From the NCBI GenBank assembly GCA_001604405.1, contig LVBL01000017.1, forward strand, positions 3,364 to 67,363: 64,000 bases of DNA, in the 5' to 3' direction. Source of the DNA: Spirochaetales bacterium Spiro_10. GTDB lineage: Bacteria; Spirochaetota; Spirochaetia; Treponematales; Treponemataceae. The number at the start of each line of letters is the position of its first letter. Position 1 is the first letter of the stretch. The position numbers and the translations under genes are program-made. Below are positions 19,295-29,695 of this stretch, in pieces. Below the pieces are notes generated by a model that saw nothing but the letters and a program-made list of their open reading frames with translations, was not told where the DNA came from and did no database searches.

Positions 19295-20101
19295 ATGAAA
19301 TCGCCAAAAGAGCTTTCTATAGAGAAAAAAATACTCGAACGACTGACGCCGGGGAGCGCCCCGTACCGGATAGCCGAGATTCTGACCCAGGACCCCGAGG
19401 TGGAGCAGATGCAGGAATACGCCAACACCGTTTCCATCCTGCGCCTCGGATATAACGATCACGGCCCCGTTCACATGCGGACGGTTACCCGGAACGCCGT
19501 GCAGATGATGGACCTGTTGCGAAGCGCGGGGATACGCACGAGCATCGAAGCGGAAAACTCGGGTTCCTACGAGGACAGCCTCAGCGCGGTGATCCTCGCC
19601 GCCTTCCTGCACGACCTCGGGATGGCCATGGGGCGGCAGGACCACGAACTCCACAGCGCCACGCTCGCCACCCCGCTCATAGACCGGGCGCTCGCCGCCG
19701 TGTATCCGGACAGCCTTGAAAAGCGGGTCGTGGTCAGGTCGGTGGCCCTCGAGGGGATCATCGGCCACATGGCGAACCGGCGGATCAACTCCCTTGAGGC
19801 GGGGATCATCCTGATAGCGGACGGATGCGACATGGAAAAGGGACGGGCGAGGATACCGCTCGTGCTCAACACGGAGCCACGGGCAGGCGACATACACAAG
19901 TACTCGGCCAATTCTATAGAGAAGGTGCGGATCGCGGCGGGAGACCCGAAACCCATACGCGTGTCCGTGGAGATGTCGAGCGACGTGGGTTTTTTCCAGA
20001 TAGAGGAAGTGCTTCTGCCAAAGGTGAACGCGAGCCCGGCCAAGCAGTACATCGAGCTCTACGCGGGGATTCAGGGCCAGGAGCTGAAGAAGTACCTCTA
20101 G
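19295..20101 (+). CDS. HD-domain phosphohydrolase
   Basis: NDHGPVHMRTV...AAFLHDLGMAMGRQDHELHS contains H...HD motifs. Start chosen at MKSPKEL. Confidence 0.7.
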   Translation: MKSPKELSIEKKILERLTPGSAPYRIAEILTQDPEVEQMQEYANTVSILRLGYNDHGPVHMRTVTRNAVQMMDLLRSAGIRTSIEAENSGSYEDSLSAVILAAFLHDLGMAMGRQDHELHSATLATPLIDRALAAVYPDSLEKRVVVRSVALEGIIGHMANRRINSLEAGIILIADGCDMEKGRARIPLVLNTEPRAGDIHKYSANSIEKVRIAAGDPKPIRVSVEMSSDVGFFQIEEVLLPKVNASPAKQYIELYAGIQGQELKKYL

Positions 20102-20686
20102 CTAGAGGAACGCGACGCCATACGCCGCCCCGATCAGAACGAAGAACACGGGGTGCCAGTCGAGCTTGCGGCTGAGAACGAAGGTGCCGGCGAAGAGGGC
20201 GAGCGCGGGCCAGCTGAAAAGCGCCAGCAGGGATCCCTCACCGAGGGCAGTCAGGCCCCCGGCGGAACGGAATGCCGCGAATCTGAAGACGGTGACCGTC
20301 AGAACGTTCCAGGCGGCGACGGCGACCATGCCGGTCGTGCCGGCGCGCAGGGTATAGAACGCGGACTTCACGCCGGGACGATCCTGAAACTTGCCGAAAT
20401 ACCGGGCAATGACGATTATGCACACGAGCGAGGGGATTACCGTGCCGATCGTGGTCACGAGACCCCCGACGGGACCGAACATCCGGTAACCGATATACGT
20501 CGCCATGTTGATCCCGATGGGCCCGGGCGTCGACTCGGATATGGCGACCATAGTGAAAAAATCGTCGGGAGAGAGCAACCCCTTCCCGACGATCTCCTGC
20601 TGCATGAAGGTAATGGCGACGAGCCCCCCGCCTATCGTAAACGCCCCCACGTAGAGAAACGTCAAAAACAGGGAGAAGAGGCTCAT
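20102..20686 (-). CDS. short chromate-transporter-family (CHR) protein, half-size
   Basis: MSLFSLFLTFLYVGAFTIGGGLVAITFMQQEIV...ISESTPGPIGINMATYIG. Starts 14 nt after the glyA stop. Confidence 0.8.
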   Translation of the reverse strand: MSLFSLFLTFLYVGAFTIGGGLVAITFMQQEIVGKGLLSPDDFFTMVAISESTPGPIGINMATYIGYRMFGPVGGLVTTIGTVIPSLVCIIVIARYFGKFQDRPGVKSAFYTLRAGTTGMVAVAAWNVLTVTVFRFAAFRSAGGLTALGEGSLLALFSWPALALFAGTFVLSRKLDWHPVFFVLIGAAYGVAFL

Positions 20687-20699
20687 CCGGGAATTACCG

Positions 20700-21941
20700 T
20701 CAGTCGATGCCCGGCACGGGGAAGGACGAGCACAGGGCCTCGACTTCCTTCGCGGTCGCGGCGAGGAAGGCCTCGTCGCCGGTCTTTCCGGCGACGGCAT
20801 CCATCCAGGCAGCGATCTTCTTCATCTCGGGGACGCCGAAGCCGCGGCTCGTCACCGACGGGGTGCCGAGTCGGATACCCGAGGGATCCGAGGCCTTGCG
20901 GGTCTCGCCGGGGACGGTGTTGTAGTTGAGCACGATCCCCGCCTTCTCGAGGGCCACGGCCATCTCCTTGCCAGTCACGCCCTTGTTCGAAAGGTCAATG
21001 AGCATGAGGTGGTTGTCCGTGCCGCCCGACACGAGGTTGAACCCGCGCGCGACGAGCTCGGCGGCGAGCGCCTTGGCGTTCTCGCAGGTCTTCGCGGCGT
21101 AGTCCCTGAAAGACGGCAGCATCGCCTCGCCGAGGGCGACGGCGATTCCGGCGGTCGTGGCGTTGTGCGGCCCTCCCTGGAGTCCGGGGAAGACGGCCTT
21201 GTCGATCGCCTTGGCGTGGATCTCCTTGCAGAGGATGAGGGCGCCGCGCGGGCCCCGGAGGGTCTTGTGCGTGGTCGTCGTGACGACGTCGGCGTAGGAT
21301 ACGGGGTTCGGGTGGGCCCCTCCGGCGACGAGGCCGGCGAAGTGGGCCATGTCGACGAAGAGGATGCATCCGGCCTCGTCGGCGATCGCGCGGAACTTCG
21401 CGAAGTCGAGCTGGCGCGGATAGGCCGAGTGCCCGGCGATCAGGATCTTCGGCTTGTGCTCGAGGGCGAGCTTGCGGATCTCGTCGTAGTCGAGGAGGCC
21501 CGTTTCGGGATTGAGGCTGTAGTGGACGGCGTTGAACCATTTGCCGGTCGCGCTCGCCTTGGAGCCGTGGGTCAGGTGCCCGCCGTGCGAGAGGTTGAGC
21601 CCGAGGACGGTGTCGCCGGGCTTCGCGAAGGCGAGGTAGACCGCGAGGTTCGCGGGCGAGCCGGAATAGGGCTGGACGTTCGCGTGTTCGGCGCCGAAAA
21701 GCCGCTTTGCCCGCTCGATGGCGACCGTCTCGAGGGCGTCGCAGTTTACCTGGCCCTGGTAGAAGCGGGCGCCGGGATAGCCCTCCGAATACTTGTTCTG
21801 GAATACCGTGCCGCAGGCCTCGAGGACCGCCTTCGAGGTGTAGTTCTCGCTCGCTATCAGGCGGATCGTCGCCTTCTGGTAGGCCTCCTCGGCCTTTACG
21901 AGCTTGTAGATCTCGGGATCGTTCTTCTCAAGTGCGCTCAT
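20700..21941 (-). CDS. glyA: serine hydroxymethyltransferase
   Basis: 413 aa: IASENYTSKAVLEACGTVFQNKYSEGYPGARFYQG..., TTTTHKTLRGPRG (PLP-binding lysine). Confidence 0.97.
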   Translation of the reverse strand: MSALEKNDPEIYKLVKAEEAYQKATIRLIASENYTSKAVLEACGTVFQNKYSEGYPGARFYQGQVNCDALETVAIERAKRLFGAEHANVQPYSGSPANLAVYLAFAKPGDTVLGLNLSHGGHLTHGSKASATGKWFNAVHYSLNPETGLLDYDEIRKLALEHKPKILIAGHSAYPRQLDFAKFRAIADEAGCILFVDMAHFAGLVAGGAHPNPVSYADVVTTTTHKTLRGPRGALILCKEIHAKAIDKAVFPGLQGGPHNATTAGIAVALGEAMLPSFRDYAAKTCENAKALAAELVARGFNLVSGGTDNHLMLIDLSNKGVTGKEMAVALEKAGIVLNYNTVPGETRKASDPSGIRLGTPSVTSRGFGVPEMKKIAAWMDAVAGKTGDEAFLAATAKEVEALCSSFPVPGID

Positions 21942-22040
21942 GTCTTCGCTCCTTCTGTTCCGGTCGCGCGCGGCACCCGGGCGTCGGACGAGAAGTCCTG
22001 CGTCGCGGGAGATCGTGGCTTCGAAACGTATCGTGGAATA

Positions 22041-22117
22041 TGCCCAGACGCGCGGCAGGCAACGGTCCGCACTTCCCCGGGGTACTCCCCGTTCGCGTCA
22101 GTCATGCGGACACGCCC
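22041..22117 (-). ncRNA. ZTP (pfl-motif) riboswitch candidate in the glyA leader
   Basis: Minus-strand RNA: GGGCGU-GUCCGCA-UGACUGACGCGAAC-GGGGAGUACCCC-GGGGAAG-UGCGGAC-CGUUGCCUG-CCGCGCGUCUGGGCA. P1 is GUCCGCA/UGCGGAC. It has the UGACUG...CGAAC junction, a P2 hairpin, GGGGA, and a distal CGUCUGGGCA box. GACGCG can pair with CGCGUC where the consensus has GGCG/CGCC. Confidence 0.65.
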
Positions 22118-22163
22118 ATAATACCTTCGGGCGCGAAAAAAGACCAGCCCTCGGGAGGGAATT

Positions 22164-22784
22164 TTACGGACTAATCGGGGCGTCGGGCGGCCGGGGACCC
22201 CGGGGCCGCCAGTCGCGGAATTTGACGAGAAGGCCGAGTACGGCCGAGATGAGGACGACGAAGAGGGCGGGAACGTCAAAGACGGCGATGGCGACAAAGG
22301 CCCCGCAGGCCACGGCCGCGGTTATCCGGTCGTACACCGTCTTTTTGCCGATTCCCCACACGGCCGACACGAGCAGGACGGCGACGACGACGTTGATCCC
22401 GCGGAGGGCCCGCTGTACCCACAGTATCTCGGCGAAGTTCTCCAGAAACATGGCGAGGGCCGTGATGACGATGACCGACGGCGCCACGACCCCGGCGGTC
22501 GTCAGGAACGCTCCGGGGATGCCCTTCCGCTTGTGTCCGATGAAGGTCGCCACGTTCACCGCGACGATGCCGGGGGTCACCTGGCCGATGGCGAAGTAGT
22601 CGACCAGCTCCTCGCTCGTCATCCATCCCCGTTTCTTGATAAGCTCGCGCTCCAGGATCGGAAGCATGGCGAGGCCGCCCCCGAAGGTCACGGAACCTAT
22701 GAAAAAAAACACGGAGAACAGCTGCAGACACTCGCGAAACGCGCCCATGACGGTGAGTATAGGGACTTTCCGCGTCGCGGGCAA
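22164..22784 (-). CDS. short chromate-transporter-family (CHR) protein, half-size
   Basis: ...FFFIGSVTFGGGLAMLPILERELIKKRGWMTSEELVDYFAIGQVTPGIVAVNVATFIG. Start may be the internal MGAFREC at 22748. Confidence 0.8.
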   Translation of the reverse strand: MPATRKVPILTVMGAFRECLQLFSVFFFIGSVTFGGGLAMLPILERELIKKRGWMTSEELVDYFAIGQVTPGIVAVNVATFIGHKRKGIPGAFLTTAGVVAPSVIVITALAMFLENFAEILWVQRALRGINVVVAVLLVSAVWGIGKKTVYDRITAAVACGAFVAIAVFDVPALFVVLISAVLGLLVKFRDWRPRGPRPPDAPISP

Positions 22785-22925
22785 GCGGACGCCCTGCCAG
22801 CCTGATGGCCCGGCGGCGGACGCGGACGCGCCGGGGCGCCGATTCCCCGTTCTTGTAACGATGAGCCCCTTTACTATAGAATGGACCCATTATATTCCGT
22901 GTGTAACGGCTCAGGAGCGGCAATC

Positions 22926-25508
22926 ATGGCAAAATATCCCTTCGAGACCATCGAGCCCAAGTGGCAGAAGTTCTGGGACGAAAACAAAACATTCAGGGCG
23001 ACCGAGAACGCGTCCGTGCCGAAGGACAAGCGCCGGTACGTGCTCGACATGTTCCCCTACCCTTCCGCCGCAGGACTCCACGTCGGACATCCCGAGGGCT
23101 ATACGGCCACCGACATCTGGTGCCGCTACCTCCGCATGAACGGCTATTCGGTGCTTCACCCCATGGGCTTCGACTCTTTCGGCCTTCCGGCCGAAAACTA
23201 CGCGATCAAGACGGGCACGCACCCCCGCGCGACGACGGTCGCGAACATCGACAAATTCCGCCAGCAGATCAAGGCCTTCGGCTTCAGCTACGACTGGGAC
23301 CGGGAGCTCTCGACCTGCGAGGCCGACTACTACCACTGGACCCAGTGGATCTTCCTCCAGCTGTTCAAGCGCGGTCTCGCGTACGAGTCCGAGACGCCGA
23401 TCAACTGGTGCCCCTCGTGCAAGACGGGCCTCGCGAACGAGGAAGTCAAGGAAGGCAAGTGCGACCGGTGCGGCACGCAGACGACGCGAAAGAACATCCG
23501 CCAATGGATACTCAGGATAACCGAGTACGCCGAGCGCCTGCTCGCCGACCTTGACGGACTCGACTGGCCGGAGTCGGTCAAGTCGATGCAGCGGAACTGG
23601 ATCGGCAAGAGCGAGGGCGCGGAAGTCGTCTTCAGGATCGACGGGCATGACGACGAACTGCTGATCTACACGACGCGCGCCGACACCCTCTTCGGCGCGA
23701 CCTACATGGTGCTCTCGCCCGAGCATCCGCTCGTGCCGAAAATTACCTCGGCCGAAAACGCGGCGGCGGTCCGGGCATACGCCGAATCCGCGGCAAAAAA
23801 AAGCGACCTCGAGCGGACCGACCTCGCGAAGGAGAAGACGGGAGTCTTCACCGGCGCCTACGCGGTCAATCCCGTCAACGGGAAAAAGATACCGATATGG
23901 GTCTCCGACTACGTCCTCATCTCGTACGGCACGGGCGCCATCATGGCGGTTCCCGCGCACGACGAGCGCGACTGGGACTTCGCGAAGCGGTTCGATCTCC
24001 CGGTCGTCCAGGTCGTCGCGAGCGAGGCCGAATGGGCGGCCAAGGGACCTGACGGCGATTACTCGGCCCGGCCCGCGGAGTGCACGCCGGCGGACGGCAA
24101 GAGCGTGAACTCGCCCGGCTTCAACGGCCTCGGCACGCAGGAATGCATCGAAAGGATGATCGCCTGGCTCGGCGAGAAAAAGATCGGTCGCAAGGCCGTG
24201 AACTACAAGCTCCGCGACTGGGTCTTCAGCCGCCAGCGCTACTGGGGAGAGCCGATTCCGCTCGTCCACTGCCCATCGTGCGGCACCGTGCCGCTTAACG
24301 ACTCGGACCTTCCCCTCCGCCTTCCGGAGGTCGAAAGCTACCAGCCCACCGGAACGGGGGAAAGCCCGCTCGCCGGCATCGACTCCTGGGTGAACTGCGC
24401 GTGCCCGAAGTGCGGCGGCAAGGCCAAGCGAGAGACGAACACGATGCCCCAATGGGCCGGCTCGTGCTGGTACTACATCCGCTACCTCGACCCGAAGAAC
24501 GCGAACGCGTTCGCGGACAAGTCGAAGATCGACTACTGGCTTCCCGTCGACCTCTACGTCGGCGGCGCCGAGCACGCGGTGCTCCACCTCCTGTATTCGC
24601 GCTTCTGGCACAAGGTCCTCTTCGACATCGGGCTCGTCCAGACCGACGAACCGTTCCGCAGGCTCATCAACCAGGGGATGATCACGAGCTTCGCATACCA
24701 GCGTAAGAACAAGACCCTCGTGCCGGTCGACGAGGTCCGCCCCGTCGCGGGGGAGACGGACCAGTTCGAGGAGATCGCCACGGGCGAGCGGCTCGAGCGC
24801 GTCATCGCCAAGATGTCGAAGTCGCTCAAGAACGTCATCAACCCCGACGACGTGATCCGCGACTACGGCGCCGACAGCTGCCGCATGTACGAGATGTTCA
24901 TGGGCCCGCTCGAGGTCTCGAAGCCCTGGAGCACGCAGGGCCTCGTCGGCGTGAGCCGCTTCCTCGAGCGCGTGTGGTCCCTTTCCGACCGCCCCATGAC
25001 GGGAGCCGCGGGAGACCCGTATTCCGACGCGTCGAGCCCCGAGGCCCTCGCGCTGACCCGCGCCCTCCACAAGACGATCAAGAAGGTCACCGACGACACG
25101 GCGAGCCTCGACTTCAACACCGCCATCAGCCAGATGATGATCTTCGTGAACGAGCTGTCGAAGCGCGAGAGCTTTCCCGCGTCAGTCTGGATGGCCTTCG
25201 TCAAGATCCTCTCGCCCTACGCGCCGCATCTCGGCGAGGAGCTCTGGCAAAAGCTCGGGTTCGCGAAAACGATAGCCTACGAGAGCTGGCCCGGATACGA
25301 CGCGGCCTACTGCGTCGACGATTCCTGCACGGTCGTCGTGCAGGTCAACGGCAAGATCCGCGACAAGCTCGAGACAGCCGTCGGGACCGGAAAGGACGAG
25401 CTCGAGCGCATGGCGCTCGCGAGCGCGGGCGCGGTGAAGTTCATGGAAGGCAAGGCGCCCAAGAAGGTGATCGTCGTCCAGGACAAGCTCGTCAACATCG
25501 TCGTGTAA
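22926..25508 (+). CDS. leuS: leucine--tRNA ligase
   Basis: [19 protein letters not shown]...[17 protein letters not shown] (HIGH) ...KMSKSLKN (KMSKS). Confidence 0.97.
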   Translation: MAKYPFETIEPKWQKFWDENKTFRATENASVPKDKRRYVLDMFPYPSAAGLHVGHPEGYTATDIWCRYLRMNGYSVLHPMGFDSFGLPAENYAIKTGTHPRATTVANIDKFRQQIKAFGFSYDWDRELSTCEADYYHWTQWIFLQLFKRGLAYESETPINWCPSCKTGLANEEVKEGKCDRCGTQTTRKNIRQWILRITEYAERLLADLDGLDWPESVKSMQRNWIGKSEGAEVVFRIDGHDDELLIYTTRADTLFGATYMVLSPEHPLVPKITSAENAAAVRAYAESAAKKSDLERTDLAKEKTGVFTGAYAVNPVNGKKIPIWVSDYVLISYGTGAIMAVPAHDERDWDFAKRFDLPVVQVVASEAEWAAKGPDGDYSARPAECTPADGKSVNSPGFNGLGTQECIERMIAWLGEKKIGRKAVNYKLRDWVFSRQRYWGEPIPLVHCPSCGTVPLNDSDLPLRLPEVESYQPTGTGESPLAGIDSWVNCACPKCGGKAKRETNTMPQWAGSCWYYIRYLDPKNANAFADKSKIDYWLPVDLYVGGAEHAVLHLLYSRFWHKVLFDIGLVQTDEPFRRLINQGMITSFAYQRKNKTLVPVDEVRPVAGETDQFEEIATGERLERVIAKMSKSLKNVINPDDVIRDYGADSCRMYEMFMGPLEVSKPWSTQGLVGVSRFLERVWSLSDRPMTGAAGDPYSDASSPEALALTRALHKTIKKVTDDTASLDFNTAISQMMIFVNELSKRESFPASVWMAFVKILSPYAPHLGEELWQKLGFAKTIAYESWPGYDAAYCVDDSCTVVVQVNGKIRDKLETAVGTGKDELERMALASAGAVKFMEGKAPKKVIVVQDKLVNIVV

Positions 25509-25518
25509 CGGAGGCGGC

Positions 25519-26793
25519 ATGATCGAGATACGTCGCGGAATCCGGGCGGACGTTGCCCTGGCCGTCCCTCCGTCAAAGGCGCACACCCTCAGGGCGCTCG
25601 TGCTCGGCGCGCTCGCCGAGGGAACGACGCGCGTCAGGAACCCCCTTCTCGGCGAGGACCAGATCCATCTCATCGAGTGCCTCAGGGGGCTCGGCGTCGC
25701 CGTGCGAGTCGACGGAAACGCCGTCGGGATCGACGGCTGCGGCGGTGCCTTCGAGCCGGCCGCCGACTCGCTCGACTGCGGCGAATCCGGCGTCGCGATG
25801 AACTTCCTCGCCTCGCTCGCCTGCCTGTCGTCGAGACCCGTCACGCTCACCGGCAAGGAAGGCCTCCTCCGGCGGCCCGTCGCCGAGATCGTCTCGGGCG
25901 TGCGCCAGCTCGGGGGGGACGTCTCCTTCGTCTCGGCCGACGGCTACCCGCCCCTTCTCGCGCGTCCCTCAGGGCTCGCGGGGGGACTGGCCCGCATGAG
26001 CGGCTCAAAGACCTCGCAGTATTTCAGCTCGCTCGCGGTGGCCGCGGCCCTCGCGAAAGCCGACTCTCTCGTCGTCTGTACCGACGACATGGCGGAAAAA
26101 CCGTACTTCGACATCACGGTCGAGATGATGCGCCGCTTCGGCGGGACGATCTCCGGCGGAGAATACCGCGAGATCGCGATACCCGGCCGCCAACGGTACC
26201 GCGCGACGGACGTCGACGTCGAGTCCGACTACTCGAGCGCCTCCTACTTCATCGCGGCGGCCGCCATCATGAAATCCCGCGTCGCGCTCTCGGGCCTCTC
26301 GCGCGACTCCGTGCAGGGAGACCGAAAGATCGTCGACTACGCGCGCGCCATGGGATGCAAGGCGGAGTTCTCGGAAGAAGGGCTCGTCGTGACGGGGTGC
26401 GGCATGACGCCCGTCGACGAGAGCTTCCGCGACACGCCGGACCTCGTGCCGACGGTCGCCGTCATGGCGGCGTTCGCCCCCGGAGAGAGCCGGATCAGGG
26501 ACGTCGCCCACCTCAAGTTCAAGGAATGCGACCGCGTCGGCGCGATTCGCGAAGGGCTGTCGAACATGGGAATCGGCACGCGCGTCGAGGGGGAGGATCT
26601 CGTCATCGAGGGAGACCCGTCGCGCGTCAGGGGCGCCGCGATAGCCTCGCACAACGACCATCGCATCGCCATGAGTTTCGCCGTCGCGGGCCTCGCCCTC
26701 GACGGCCAGACGATCGACGACGGCGACTGCGTCAGAAAATCCTTTCCCGACTTCTGGAAGGCGTTCTCGGCGTTCGAGGCTCGCGAGAGTTAG
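25519..26793 (+). CDS. aroA: 3-phosphoshikimate 1-carboxyvinyltransferase
   Basis: 424 aa: PPSKAHTLRALVLGALAEGTTRVRNPL, ...NDHRIAMSFAVAGL... Confidence 0.92.
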   Translation: MIEIRRGIRADVALAVPPSKAHTLRALVLGALAEGTTRVRNPLLGEDQIHLIECLRGLGVAVRVDGNAVGIDGCGGAFEPAADSLDCGESGVAMNFLASLACLSSRPVTLTGKEGLLRRPVAEIVSGVRQLGGDVSFVSADGYPPLLARPSGLAGGLARMSGSKTSQYFSSLAVAAALAKADSLVVCTDDMAEKPYFDITVEMMRRFGGTISGGEYREIAIPGRQRYRATDVDVESDYSSASYFIAAAAIMKSRVALSGLSRDSVQGDRKIVDYARAMGCKAEFSEEGLVVTGCGMTPVDESFRDTPDLVPTVAVMAAFAPGESRIRDVAHLKFKECDRVGAIREGLSNMGIGTRVEGEDLVIEGDPSRVRGAAIASHNDHRIAMSFAVAGLALDGQTIDDGDCVRKSFPDFWKAFSAFEARES

Positions 26794-26860
26794 CCTGGTG
26801 CGCACGTCGGGGTTACGCCCCTTGCCCGTTTTCACGCTTTGTACTACTGTGCTTCACACC

Positions 26861-27901
26861 ATGAACATCATCGATTTGCGAAGCGACACGGTAACCTGGC
26901 CTACCGAGGCCATGAGGGCGGCGATGGCATCGGCGTCCGTCGGCGACGACGTATACGGGGACGACCCGACGGTACGGGAACTTGAGGCGTATTCCGCAAG
27001 CCTCGTCGGCAAGGAAGCGGCGCTGTTCGTTCCCTCGGGAACCTTCGGAAACCAGCTGGCCCTTTTTTCGCATTGCCCCCGGGGAAGCGAGGTCATACTC
27101 GACGAGTCCTGCCATATCGTCCAGCACGAGGCGGGAGCCGCCGCCGTAATCGCGGGAGTGCAGCTTCGCGCCATCGACACGGGCAACCGGTTTCTCGACG
27201 GCACCGCCGTTGCCGCGCGCGTCCGTTCGGGCGACGACATCCACGAGCCCAAAACCTCGCTTATCGCGATCGAGAACGCGCACTCGAAGGGCACCGTCAT
27301 GACGCTCGCCGAGATGGAGGACGTGCGTCGCGCGGCCAACAGGTTCCGCGTCCCGATACACCTTGACGGGGCGCGCGTGTTCAACGCCGCTGCCGCGCTC
27401 GGCGTGCAGGCCCAGGAGATCGCCCAGTTCTCCGACTCCGTGATGTTCTGCCTTTCGAAGGGGCTGTGCGCCCCCGTGGGCTCCGTGCTCGCGGGAACGA
27501 GGAAATTCGTGGACGACGCGAGAAAAAAGCGCAAGCTCATGGGCGGGGGACTCCGCCAGGCGGGCATCCTCGCCGCGGCGGGCCTCGTCGCGCTCAAGGA
27601 CACGAGACTCAGGATCGCGGACGATCACGAGAACGCGCGCCTTCTCGAGCAGGGGCTCGGCACGATACCGGGCCTCTTGGTGGAGACCGGCGGCGCAAGG
27701 ATAAACATGGTATTCTTCTCGCACGAGGAAGGCTCGCGCATAGACGGCGAGGCGCTCGTCGACTTCCTGAAAGAACGGGGAATACTCGTCAACATGCATG
27801 ACGGCGCGGGCCGCTTCCGGCTCGTGACCCATTACTGGATTAACCGGGAGCGCGTCGAGCGGACGGTCGACGCGATACGGGAATTCCACGCGCGGGGGTA
27901 A
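26861..27901 (+). CDS. ltaE: low-specificity L-threonine aldolase
   Basis: MNIIDLRSDTVTWPTEAMRAAMASASVGDDVYGDDPTV...FCLSKGLCAPVGS (PLP-binding lysine). Confidence 0.88.
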   Translation: MNIIDLRSDTVTWPTEAMRAAMASASVGDDVYGDDPTVRELEAYSASLVGKEAALFVPSGTFGNQLALFSHCPRGSEVILDESCHIVQHEAGAAAVIAGVQLRAIDTGNRFLDGTAVAARVRSGDDIHEPKTSLIAIENAHSKGTVMTLAEMEDVRRAANRFRVPIHLDGARVFNAAAALGVQAQEIAQFSDSVMFCLSKGLCAPVGSVLAGTRKFVDDARKKRKLMGGGLRQAGILAAAGLVALKDTRLRIADDHENARLLEQGLGTIPGLLVETGGARINMVFFSHEEGSRIDGEALVDFLKERGILVNMHDGAGRFRLVTHYWINRERVERTVDAIREFHARG

Positions 27902-27907
27902 GGAACA

Positions 27908-28849
27908 GTGGCGGTTGACTGCGGCGACGACAAGGGAAAACACGTGCGCAAGGCGGCGGTCATCGCGATCGCCGGAAACTTCGCCCTCGCGGCGGCGAAG
28001 ATCACGATCGGCCTTTTGGCCGGCAGCCTCGCGGTGCTCGGCGACGGAATCGACTCCTCGACCGACGTCGTGATCGCCGCGATGTCTCTCGTCGTCGCCT
28101 CGGTCATCAGCCAGCCGTCCGACAAGGAACACCCCTGGGGTCACGGACGGGCCGAGACGGTCGCCACGGTACTGATCGCCTTCATCATCCTTCTCGCGGG
28201 CTTTCAGCTGTCCGCCTCGGCGGTGGCGCGCCTTACCTCGGGCGCGGCCCTCGTGCCACCGTCCGCGGCCGCCCTCTGGGTAACCTCGCTTTCGATTCTC
28301 GGCAAGGCAGGACTCGCCGCGAGCCAGTACCGGATCGCGAGAAAATCGGGAAGCGCCATCGTGCTCGCGAACGCCAAGAACATGGCGAGCGACATCGTCA
28401 TATCGTCGTCCGTGCTCGCGGGGCTCGCCGCGTCCATCGCGTTCTCCCTGCCCGTGCTCGATACCGTCATCGCCCTGCTCGTCGGCATATGGGTCATGAA
28501 AACGGCGCTCGGAATCTTTCTCGAGCAGAACATGGAGCTGATGGACGGGACGACGGACGAAGGCCTGTACCGGGCGCTCTTCGACGCGGTTCGCTCGGTT
28601 CCCGGCGCGGGCAACCCCCACAAGGCGCGAATCAGGAAGATGGCCTCGAGCTGGGACATCGATCTCGACATAGAAGTCGACGGCGACCTGACGGTTCGCG
28701 AGGCGCACGACATAGCGGAAGGGGTCGAGCGCGCGGTCAAGTGCCAGATCGCCGACGTGTACGATATCATGGTGCACGTGGAGCCGGAGGGTTCCGTCAG
28801 GCACGGCGAGCAGTTCGGGCTGTCGGCGTCAGACGTCGAGGAGCGCTGA
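27908..28849 (+). CDS. cation diffusion facilitator family transporter
   Basis: GTG start. AIAGNFALAAAKITIGLLAGSLAVLGDGIDSSTDV..., with a C-terminal cytoplasmic domain. Confidence 0.88.
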   Translation: MAVDCGDDKGKHVRKAAVIAIAGNFALAAAKITIGLLAGSLAVLGDGIDSSTDVVIAAMSLVVASVISQPSDKEHPWGHGRAETVATVLIAFIILLAGFQLSASAVARLTSGAALVPPSAAALWVTSLSILGKAGLAASQYRIARKSGSAIVLANAKNMASDIVISSSVLAGLAASIAFSLPVLDTVIALLVGIWVMKTALGIFLEQNMELMDGTTDEGLYRALFDAVRSVPGAGNPHKARIRKMASSWDIDLDIEVDGDLTVREAHDIAEGVERAVKCQIADVYDIMVHVEPEGSVRHGEQFGLSASDVEER

Positions 28850-28879
28850 GGGCGGGATTCCTTCGGAGCGTGAACGCGG

Positions 28880-29695
28880 CTATCGGCGCTTCCAGGCGTC
28901 CACGAACTCGATCATGTATTGCTGGACGTCGCCGAACCATTCCCGCTGCAGGGCGGCGGCCTCGACGCCGACGTAGCGGTAGTGCCAGCTTTCCCAGCGA
29001 AACCCGGTAACGGCCTCATATCCGTCGGGAAAGGAAAGCGACCAACCGAACTTGTACGCGTTCTCCGCGAGCCACTTCCCGGCTTTCGTCCCGGCGAAGG
29101 CGTCGGTTATCGAGCCGAAGTCCGCCGCGGCGCCCAGCTGGTGCTGGCTCGCCCCCGGCATGGCCGACTCCCTGTCGGCCGCCTCGCGGCCGAGCTCGCG
29201 GACGTTTCTCTCGTATACCTTTTTCTGATACTCCCAGGAGCGATACGTCGAGCTGACGACGAGGGTGACGCCGTCCGCGCGCGCGGCCGCGGCCATCCGC
29301 TCGAGGGCGGCCTCCGCCTCCCGCCTCAGCGACAGGCCCTCCCTGCCGGGAACGTATGACCGCCCGGCGCCGACGGGCACGAGGTCGGCCGGGACGTAGT
29401 CGGCGGGAAGGAGGCGCTTCTTGTCGACGAGCGCGAGAAACCCGCCGGAGTCGGCGGCTATCACGCGTTCGAGGGCCGGAACGAAGGACTCGCGCCCGTC
29501 ATTCAGGGCGCGCGTGATCTCGGCCGGTATGACGGCCGGCGCCAGGAAGGTTTCGCTCCGGTCCGCCGGGGCTGCAGGGGCTGCCGGGGCGGGAGCCGCC
29601 GCGGACGGCGTCGGGGCGGGAGTCGCGTCGCGTTGGGCGAAGCACGCCGACAGGGAAAGCGCGCCGAAGGCGAGCAGGAAGGTCCGTCTTTTCAT
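28880..29695 (-). CDS. VanY/M15B-family D-alanyl-D-alanine carboxypeptidase, lipoprotein
   Basis: Lipobox MKRRTFLLAFGALSLSAC. SSTYRSWEYQ, SQHQLGAAADF and ESWHYRYVG motifs. Start overlaps the upstream gene stop by 4 nt. Confidence 0.85.
   Translation of the reverse strand: MKRRTFLLAFGALSLSACFAQRDATPAPTPSAAAPAPAAPAAPADRSETFLAPAVIPAEITRALNDGRESFVPALERVIAADSGGFLALVDKKRLLPADYVPADLVPVGAGRSYVPGREGLSLRREAEAALERMAAAARADGVTLVVSSTYRSWEYQKKVYERNVRELGREAADRESAMPGASQHQLGAAADFGSITDAFAGTKAGKWLAENAYKFGWSLSFPDGYEAVTGFRWESWHYRYVGVEAAALQREWFGDVQQYMIEFVDAWKRR

Noticed and set aside
22785-22925. T-box leader upstream of leuS
   Set aside because: The gap is only about 140 nt and lacks the conserved T-box sequence (AGGGUGGNACCGCG-like) and a terminator. 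Only a plausible promoter (TTGTAA ... TATAGA) is visible.
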